From the human T2T-CHM13v2.0 reference genome, Homo sapiens: a stretch of DNA of 64,000 bases. The position numbers and the translations under genes are program-made. Under the pieces are notes generated by a model. That model saw nothing but the letters and a program-made list of their open reading frames with translations. It made no database searches and was not told where the DNA came from. Below, one piece after another: positions 53,505 through 64,000 of the stretch. Within the stretch, counting starts at the first letter, position 1; each line of letters opens with the position of its first letter. The stretch is taken from assembly GCF_009914755.1 (NCBI RefSeq), contig NC_060926.1. The stretch is one strand, 5' to 3'.

Positions 53505-54044
53505 TGTCAGAGGCATTGGAACCAGAGCAACTCCATCTTGAATGGGGACTGGATAAAATGAGGCTGAGACCTACTGGGCTGCATTCCCAGATGGTTAGGG
53601 CATTCTAAGTCACAGGATGAGATAGGAGGTCGGCACAAGATACTGATCATAAAGACCTTGCTGATAAAACAGTTTGCAGTAAAGAAGCCAGCCAAAACCC
53701 ACCAAAACCAAGATGGTGATGAGAGTGACCTCTGGTCATCCTCACTGCTACTTCCCATCAGCGCCATGACAGTTCAAATGCCATGGCAATGTCAGGAAGT
53801 TACCCCATATGGTCTAAAAAGAAGAGGCATGAATAATCCACCCCTTATTTGGCATATCATCAAGAAATAACTATAAAAACGGGTAACCAGTAGCCCTCAG
53901 GGTTGTTTTATGGAGTAGCTATTCTTTATTCCTTTACTTTCTTAATAAGCTTGCTTTCACTTTATGGACTTGCTCTGAATTCTTTCTTGCACGAGATTTA
54001 AGAACCCTCTCTTGAGGTCTGGATCGGGACCCCATTCTGTAACA
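53505..54044 (+). mobile_element. MER41A-like ERV1 solo LTR nested in an older MLT1 LTR (~53300-54210)
   Basis: TGTCAGAGGCATTGGAACCAGAGCAACTCCATCTTG...GGATCGGGACCCCATTCTGTAACA; flanks CATT/TGTT compatible with a CpG-decayed CGTT TSD. Confidence 0.88.
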
Positions 54045-54289
54045 TGTTGACATGGAGCCTCTGTCAACCTGTTTTCCTTAGTGATTATCAATAGTGAAAC
54101 TCCTCAAGACCTGTCTTGGTCTTGTAGTGTGGGTGAGACATACACTTTTGTTGGGTTAGGCCACTGACCTATTTGTTACCACACCATAACCAAGTCTATC
54201 CTAAGGATTCAAGGAGAGTCTTAGGAAAAGAAGACTTTATTTTTTATTTTATTTTATTTTTTTTTGAAACAAGAAGGGGACTCTTGTTT

Positions 54290-54812
54290 TATTTAGAAGT
54301 AATTTTAGATTTTTGAAAAGTTGCAAAAACAGCACAGTAGTTTCCAATATATACCCCTCACCCAGCTTCCACAAAACCACGGGCCGATGATTAAAACCTG
54401 GAAATTAACAATGATCCTGTCCTATTAATAGACTGCACTAAAATCTCACCAGTTGCTCCACTCGTGTTTTTTCCTTGTCTAGATCTTACTCACATTTAGG
54501 TGTCATGTCTTGTTTGTCTTCCCCAGTCTGGGATGGTCCCCAGTCTTTTTCTGTCTGTCATTACTGTGATGCTTTGGAAGAACTCAGGCCAGTGGCTTTG
54601 TGGCACATCTCTCCTTTTGGGTTTCCCTGATGGTTTCTCAGGATTAGTTGGAGGTTCTGCATTCTTGGCAGGACCCCCATGGAGTGATGCTGTGTCCTGA
54701 GTATTTCATCATGTGGATGTGTCCTCATACAGGTGACATTAACTCTGATCGCTTGGTTAAGGTGCTGTCTGCCAGGTTTCTGCACTGGAAAGGTACTATT
54801 TTTTTTTTTTTT
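54290..54812 (-). mobile_element. L1MC-like 3' fragment
   Basis: AATTTTAGATTTTTGAAAAGTTGCAAAAA... and GGTTAAGGTGCTGTCTGCCAGGTTTCTGCACTG. Confidence 0.65.
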
Positions 54813-55324
54813 TTTGGTCAAAGGAGCAGGGTATAAAAGGCAGGGCATGAAATCTGAGAGCAGGCATGCATCAGGAATTAGGAACCAGGAACTGGGAGCT
54901 GAGGCTGCTGCTCTCTGAGGAAAAGGAGACTTTCAAGAAGATTTAAAAAGAATGGAGAAAGAAGATTCAAGAAGATGAAGATGTCAAATGCCTCATTGCA
55001 AAATATAGATTGGAAAGTGTTCCTTTAATTTGGCATTTTGTGGGTCATTTGTGATTTTGGTAAATTATGCAATGTGAAAAAATAGACAGTTTCTTTCAAA
55101 TGGCAAGCAATTAAAGAAAAAAAAGTCATAAGTGTGGGCTGTAGCAACAGTGAGGCTCTTATTGTTGTCATTGTCTGACAGAAATCTGAACTCTGATCCC
55201 ACAAATTTCTCTGCTCCCTTTTCCCTGCTCACTTTGAACTGAAGAACCTCTTTACTCCTTCCTTCCTTTCCCTCCCTCTTATCTCCTTGCCTCCCTGTAG
55301 ATTCCATCACAGCTTCCTCCATCC

Positions 55325-56343
<1,019 letters not shown>

Positions 56344-57065
56344 GGGAACATCTTAAAAGAAAAGCATATAATTGCCATTTGCACTTCCTCACCTCTTTAT
56401 CCACTCTTCAGCCTACTGCAAATTGACTTTTGACCTCTTTAATCTACTGAAATGGCTCATGCAAAGAGACTTTTTATAAAAATCACATATAATTTAGATT
56501 TTTTATTTTCTGCATAAATCTCTTTAATTTTATGTGATAATACAGTGCATGATTATTTGTTGAGCCGTTAATTTTGTATTAGCCAAAGAGAAAGTTGAAC
56601 CTGTCAGTTAAACTGGGTGGAATAAGAAATAATATTTTAAAATTAGCAGTAAATAGAAACTTGCACAATAAAAATATTTTTGTGTCACTTGAAATATTAC
56701 CATTGGTTGCAAGTTTTAAAGATGTAAAAGGTGTCTTCTTTCACGTTCACTTTTTTTTTCAGTAGAGATACTGACTGCAGGCAGCTTGCCTCTTTTGTTT
56801 TTTTGGCTTATAGTCACAGTATTTGAGCACAAATTTAATGAAGCATTGTTTAATTGAGACTTCCCTGTAGTGACACAACAATATTGCAAATTTTTTTCAT
56901 AGGCATTTCCTCACTTAATTCTCAAACAAGTTTTGTCTTTTTTTTTTCATCACGATATCTGTAGACAGGATCAAACAACTTTTGAAGGGTATTTGATTTC
57001 CCCCTATTTACAGATTTAAGAAACTGAAACTCAAAAGAGACAAATTGCCACATTCATCCTGCCAC

Positions 57066-57068
<3 letters not shown>

Positions 57069-57118
<50 letters not shown>
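57069..57118. repeat. (GT)25 microsatellite within a MIR-like fragment
   Basis: Uninterrupted GT run. Confidence 0.95.
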
Positions 57119-57125
<7 letters not shown>

Positions 57126-58772
57126 CTCTAAACGTAGAGCAGTTTCTACTATGCCCCAGCCACTTGGATGTAGTATGTGTACAAAAGTGACAACACGATA
57201 TAGTGATTCTTCAAAGTAGGTTTATTGTTCTAATTGACATTTTTCTTCAAACATTATAGGATTATACATTTCCAACAATTTTAAGCAATTTTGATGCTTA
57301 TCAAAATGTTGTATATTTAATAAGTTTTTGCATTAAATGAGTTTAGGTTGGCAATAAGGAACCACCATATACTTTAATAGATACTATTTCATACCACAGT
57401 TGTGTTGTCTTTAATACAGAGATGAGTGTTTAATACTCTTTTGCAATGGGAAGAAGTTAAAGGAGTTTGAGTTAAAATAGTGAGAGAAATAATTGAATAT
57501 GATTGTTACCTTAAATATAGCCACAGTCTGTTGATTTAAGCTTCAGTTAGTCCTAACATATTCAACATATTCATAACAAAATTTTTTGGGCATCTCTGGC
57601 TCATTTATTAATACCTATGAACCTGCAAAACACTGCTGTATTTGTAAGACTGATATGTATGGGATAATGTATGCGATAAGCAAAAATCTTAGTTTTCTAG
57701 CTAGCTTTTGAAATGAAAGTAATGGAAACATGACTACTCAGATTTAAAAAAACCAGGCTTTACCTTTCGTAGTTCAATTTATATTAGTACAAATTCTTCT
57801 CAAAGGTGGTCTCCTTGAGAAGGTGCACAGGCTACTGGAAATAGTGAAGACAGTAATAAGAAGAAGATTAACTGGCTTACTTACCAAGAAAATGAATTCA
57901 GGAAATTTGATTCTCGTAGAGATCTAGAACAAGCAAACAGGATGAACAACCACTTATTTTGGAATAGTGTATTTAAATTTGAGAAAGAGTGATCTTTTCT
58001 TTCTCCGAAGGGTTAAGAATGTGATCAAAAGCCTGGAGCTGAAAGAAGGATAATATGTATGGGAGACAGTGAGGACACTTGCCTGACCAGAGCAGGTGAA
58101 CACCTATGTACAATAAAGCTAGATTGTAGTGGCTGCAGTGGGTGTTGAAATACATGTTGAATGCAACAAAGAGGTATTAAAATTTCTTGAATGTTAATAG
58201 ATTGGCCTAATCCTGGGTTTTAGGCAGAGCATCCTACAACCTTAACAAATGGTGAATTTGGAAGCAACTAGACTCAGGGAGATCAGCTATACTGTTTTGT
58301 AGAATTTTGAATTTCATAAGCCAATAAAGCTCCTAGAAAATTCTTAAGGACTAACATATGGTTATCAATTATTTATCTTGAAGGAAAGAATATTTTAAAA
58401 ACCCCAACAACAAAATATAAACAGTAAATTACCACATACTATCTTCACTGTTTCATACAGGAATGAAATTTTAACATCAAATCAGCAGGAAGGACATACT
58501 CCCAGAGTAAAGGACACAACACTAAGATGAATAAACTTGATGTTCTTAGAGACCTACCACATTGCCTCTGTTTTCTCACTTTCTCCTCTACCTGTAACTC
58601 TGTGATATAGCTGCACAGATACTCAGAATGATAGCTGAGATCCACTGAGCTAAGAGAATACCGTAATTACTCAGGCATAACATAATGAAAACCTGGGAAA
58701 GAAGAAGAAAGAATAAGAGAAGGAAGGGAGAGGATGGAAGAATGATAGCCCATGGCAACAGATTGAATATAG

Positions 58773-59076
<304 letters not shown>

Positions 59077-60944
59077 TAATAGTCAGTATTGCACGTAACA
59101 CTGCCCTAATTCATCTCTTAACAGAGTCTGTGGGTTGTCATATCAATTGATTGATGTCTTGCTGTCTTCTTTTTCAGGACCAGAAACCAGAAATGCAATT
59201 TGCCAAGCATATGAAGAATATGTTTTTACTGGTTTTTGATAACTTAAAATACTTCTTCATCTAAAACCAGGCTGATCTTGAGAAAGATTTTAAAGGAGAT
59301 TAAAAAATTCACTTTAACAAACCACTATCATATAGTCACATCAATCTTTCGTAGATATTTTTGCAAACAATTACCAGAATTCTTAGAGTTTATTACAGAT
59401 ATTTTGTTCTTGACCTTTGACACTTGCCATTTAGCAATTGCATGGTTTTACTTTTGTGGTTGTAGAGTTTCTGTTTTTCTTTCATTAGAATGATATAAGT
59501 AGAGGAATAGAAACTGTTATATTTGCAAAAAAAGAGCAAAGATGCTTTGTGACCTTGGGAATTATATTTGAAGGTTACTCACAAGAGAATACCTTGTTTA
59601 GGAAAGATGGTTAATTTTTTTCTTGCAAGCAGACTTTTTTACAAAATTAGTTAATGGCAAATGTGTTCTTTGCTGAATATTAATCTATAGTATCATTTAA
59701 GATGTTCTTAATTTATGTTTCTGGACTTTGTTTAAATGTCAAACTCTAGAAAGGGTAAACTAGCTCACCCCACTGCTAGGTAATAGCTAGTATTGTCTTC
59801 GCTGCAGGGCATTTTACAGTAAAATTTTGAAGTATATTGAAAAAAGTTACCAGTTCACTTACTATACAATAGCTTGGAATGTGAATGTCTGAAAGAAGAA
59901 AAATTCAATAAATGACTATGTAGTTATTTGGTGGAATTCACAACATAATAACAAGAAAAGGTTTTCAGCTTTGATCATAATGGAAATGAGTCATTTAATT
60001 TTACCCTCAGTCCTGGTACACAGTTTCAGCACCTGCTAAGAAGTCGGCTTGCATTTAAATGACTTAGGCAATTATTAAAAGCAAGTTTCAAGAAATAAAT
60101 GGCATTTATATAAAAAGGAGACTGGGCTCAAACTGCTAGTGCTTTAAATTTCCATAAAAGCAAATTCAAGTTCAGAACAGGATTCAGGATTTAGTAACAA
60201 TTCAAAGGTTTTCAATCCCTTAATCTCTTTGTGATAACTATATTCATCATGTAGCCATTTTTAAAAGGAAGAGAATAAAAATGTTAACATTGATGTCTAC
60301 CAGCACTTGTGACTGAAAAATTGATTATATATGGTAAATACTTATGGCTCCAAATAGCTATTTGATTTATAATTTTGGTATTGAAATGTAATGAAATACT
60401 TCTATTGTATTTGCAATCGCTGGAAGAGTAGTATGAATCATACTTCAAATAAAAATGCTTCTTTTTATCATTTTTCCCAAATGTTTTGAGTGTAAGAATG
60501 CTGTTTCCTTTTCTCTCAGGTCTACATATCTTTACTCATCATCTCAAAGGTGATTATTTTGTAACTTGACCTTAGTCTTGCAAAGGAGCTCTATTTAGAG
60601 ATTTAAATATAGTATTAACTTAGAAAATAAATTTCAACTATTCATACTGTTTTACCTAGAGTTATTACATTATTAAGAGTAAATATCTTATTAAACTCAA
60701 TAGGGAGCCACAAAATAGATAAGATTTCTAAAGGAGGTAACTGAGTGTATATAAAATAACTGATGAAAAATAAAAGTTAAGAAAATGGGGCAGCTAAATC
60801 ATCTGTCAACAGTATTTATATTGAAAAGACATTGTAAATATTAACTTCAGTTTTTCTAGCTTGCCATATGGAATTGCTATAATTGGAAGACAAAACAAAA
60901 TGTGGGAAGTACCTGACATTTCACTTAAATTTATTTAAACAAAG

Positions 60945-61082
60945 TTTGTATATGTTCTGAGCCACCTACTATTTTTGAGGCACTATTCTAAGTGCTTATA
61001 TTTCTTAGCTCACTTAATCTTCACAATATCATGAGGTGGAAACTTTTGTTTTTGACCATTTTACAGATAAGGAAACTCAAAC
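60945..61082 (-). mobile_element. MIR fragment
   Basis: GGCACTATTCTAAGTGCTT...CCATTTTACAGATAAGGAAACT. Confidence 0.7.
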
Positions 61083-61582
61083 AAGTACAATCTAGACCTC
61101 CAAATGGACATGTGCTGCTTAGTAGCTATGTGGCCTCTGTTCTGAGTCCTGTGACCATTTCAGAGTTATAGTTCATAATTCCTTCTCATGTCCTGTAGTC
61201 CTGTCACCAAGTGCTATAATTTCATCATTTCCTTGGATTGTTCTTTCTTGTTTTTGCCTGGGTTATCTCCATTTATGCCTGAATGACCATATATCATAGT
61301 CTCTTAGTTTAGTGAATTTCAGGCATCAGTCTGAGGACTTGAGTTGATTTGTGAAGAAATTTCAGCATCTGCTCTCTTAACCTAGTGATTGACTTCCGGG
61401 TTTCAAAAAATGGTTCCTACACAACAGCTATTATTATAGATTGCTGTAGGAACTACTCTTTGCAGCCATTTATTAGCACTCGCAGGGCCACTTTCTAATC
61501 TTCTGAAGGCTCTTTCTGCATCCATGCTCGTTCTCTCTATTTTGCTCTCATTATACAGCTGCCAGAACCGTTATTTTAGAAT

Positions 61583-61738
61583 GTGATATAGTTTGGTTCT
61601 TTGTCCCCATCCAAATCTTATGTTGAATTGTAATCCCCAGTGCGGGAGGTGGGGTCTGGTGGGAGGTGTTTGGGTCCTGGGAGCAGACCCTTCATGGCTT
61701 GGTGCTGTCTCCATAACAGTGACTGAGTTCTTGCAAGA
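61583..61738 (+). mobile_element. MST (A/B) LTR 5' fragment
   Basis: TGATATAGTTTGG..GTCCCCATCCAAATCTTATGTTGAATTGTAATCCCCAGTG..GGAGGTGGGG. Confidence 0.8.
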
Positions 61739-61739
61739 A

Positions 61740-61995
61740 AAAATACTTCTGTAAGGACATCTGCCCAGCAACTGCTGGTTCAACTGCCTGGGCTACTGTC
61801 ACCCTTGTTATTGATCCTCGTAGCCAAAGAAAATTATCTCAAAACAATTGTGTAATCCCCTCATTTTTCCTTTAAAAAATTATTTTATCTCTGTCAGTAT
61901 ACACATAGTTTACTATGACATTCATATTCCCTTAGCAATGTCCTATTCCTGAATGAATATAATTTTATTTTAGAGAGACTCTCTTGGTTTGTAGC
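61740..61995 (+). mobile_element. ERV1 LTR 3' fragment (MER34/MER39/LOR1-type)
   Basis: GTCACCCTTGTTATTGATCC..GTAGCCAA..ATTATCTCAAAACAATT..CACATAGTTTACTATG..TTTTAGAGAG. Confidence 0.6.
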
Positions 61996-63539
61996 AATAA
62001 TTTTTCAATATATGAGATTTATCTCGATATTGTATGGTTAATAGTGTTAGTTGCTGTTACTCTGTTCTAAAAAGTGAGGCTAAATTGTAGCAAAATGATA
62101 TACCTTTTGTTTTGCAGAAATCTCCCAAAGAAAAGCCATAGTTCAGGTTAAAGCAGTTAAGCCTATGGCATTTCCTTTAGCAAAATCGCAATAAAAGATA
62201 AACTAGGTAGTTAAATAATCCTAAGGGTTAGATTACACGAGCAGTCCAACTTGTTTCAAGTAAGCATTGAATACATTCTTATTGAGTAAATAATCTGTTT
62301 CCCATTTGTAACTTTCTTCAGACTTACCCTCTATAATGACTCTTCAGTGAACAACTTTTTGCTAGAATGACTCTGGCAAAATGCTAATATTTTGGACAAT
62401 GACTTGAAAAATTGTCTAACAACCTTTCCACCAAAAAACATAATATAAAAATGGGCATTTCAACATTGTGATTTCAGGCAATGACACATTTGACAATTTA
62501 CTTGACATAACAATTTTTAGTCAGATCCAAATATATGCATCGCATTTGAATTGCCTTCCATGTATGGATGAATCCAAAGCATTTTGCTCTCTGTACATAC
62601 CCTAAAGTACTTCTGCCTGCTATTCTCTTCATCTCTAAGCAAGAGATGAAGATGCAGTATCTTCTGGGAGTCTTCTGTCTGTTATGCCTCTATATACTTA
62701 ATCTGTATTTTACCCAAAGGTGTTTTTCTGGGATAATTTTACTTTAAGTGCAAAATAATCATGAGCCCCCCAAGTTTGAAATATTAGTGAAAAAAATGTT
62801 TCAGAAATAAGGAAAATAAAGGAAGTACAACATTGCCATTTATATATAAGCTGTATTTGTTTACTCCCAAATTGCTGTTTATTACTAATAAAAACAGATT
62901 TTTATTCAATTGATATATTTTTCTAGCTGTGAAAATTGTTTGGGTATCTTGTGTTGAGATGAAACATATCATAATTTTTCCATTAAATTTAATGAAAACT
63001 TTTTTTTTTCATTTAAAATCTCTTTACTTAATGGTAGGGTTTTCAGGTACTAATGAAAGTCATTTAAGCAAGGGAGAGGTGTGCTTGAGACACTTAATGA
63101 GTACTAACGAAGCCCTGTGTGGAATATCCTGCAGTTTGAGAAGCCATCACTGTAAATTAGAAGTCTTGGCAATTTTGTTATTGTTTCTTACCTGACTTTT
63201 ATCTAAGTTGAGTTCTTTTGCAATATAGCTGTCAAATTTTCGACTCTCCTTTTCTATCTGCCACTTCTCATGAGCTTTATTTAACAAGAGGAACAAGTTA
63301 GCAACATCACCTGACTTTGCTAACTTAACATTATTTATCACACCAATTCACTAATATTTATGAAATAATTTAGATGGTTGATATTCTTCTATTATTTCTC
63401 CATTTTAAATTATTAACCATAAATCTTTGTTTTCTATAATTGAACACATATTTAATCAGTAACAAGTTTTGCCTTGAAGCTATTTTCAATCTTATATCTT
63501 AACTGCTTATCATAGAAAAAAAAGACTAATTAATAAGCC

Positions 63540-63950
63540 AAGTATTCAACTTAAGTTAGAACAATGGAGCAAACATAAAGGAGTGAAAGAAGGAAACGGT
63601 AAAGAAAAGAGCAGAATTGGTGAATTAGAAAACAAATTATAGAGAACTTCAAAAAGCCAAAAGCTGATTATATTAAAAGATGAATTAAATAGACAGTCTT
63701 TGACAAGAATGATAACGATAAGCCATGTATAATTAATATTAGGAACAAAAGTGGGTAGAACTACAGATACGACAGAGATTTAAACATCATAAGAGAATAG
63801 CATAAACAAATATATGCTGGTAAACTAGTTAGAAAACATGGACACTTTTCTAGCAAATTGGTTTATGAAGATATAGAAAATCTATAGTATAAATATATAA
63901 GTACAAATATGTAAAAAGAAACTGAATCAGTAGTTAAAAGTCTACACAAC
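63540..63950 (+). mobile_element. Ancient L1M ORF2 fragment
   Basis: A-rich; AATATTAGGAACAAAAGTGGG..ACTACAGAT..ACAGAGATTTAAAC..ATAAGAGAATA resembles ORF2 NIRNEKGDITTDTTEIKRIIR. Confidence 0.7.
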
Positions 63951-64000
63951 ACAGACATACATACTATGAAATACACACACCATACTATATACACACACAC

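Noticed and set aside
53505-54044. MER41 as an interferon-inducible STAT1 enhancer
   Set aside because: This copy reads AAAAAGAAGAGGCATGAATAATCC and lacks the tandem GAS-containing segment characteristic of MER41B, so it is the A-type.
62340-62530. Possible ancient DNA-transposon or conserved repeat relic
   Set aside because: Only vague motif similarity and no terminal inverted repeats I could verify.

Overview
Human (primate) genomic DNA, AT-rich and repeat-dense. The first ~6.7 kb carry the last four coding exons and the 3'UTR of NUP35 (Nup35/Nup53) on the + strand. All four exons are GT-AG bounded and splice in frame through the C-terminal part of the RRM domain to ...SKAMEYMFGW-stop. The rest is intergenic and mostly transposon fossils. 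From ~10.6 to 33.5 kb there is a block of minus-strand L1 copies (an L1PA13-16/L1PB-era copy, a near-full-length L1PA7, nested L1M copies). The window also holds about 26 Alu-family elements, including a human-specific AluYa5, LTRs (THE1A, MSTB, two MLT2A, MER50-like, MER41A, MLT1), an ERVL pol relic, L2, MIR and MER5. Nearly all ORFs in the supplied track are L1/Alu/LTR debris. I see no convincing new multi-gene system. The most interesting observations are small: an exact 54-nt copy of nearby L1 sequence inside an LTR microsatellite, an LTR inserted at the NUP35 polyadenylation site, a template-switch palindrome in an L1 promoter, Alu-associated L1 deletions and a DUX4-motif MLT2A LTR. Repeat subfamily calls come from remembered consensus sequences, and many repeat boundaries are approximate.
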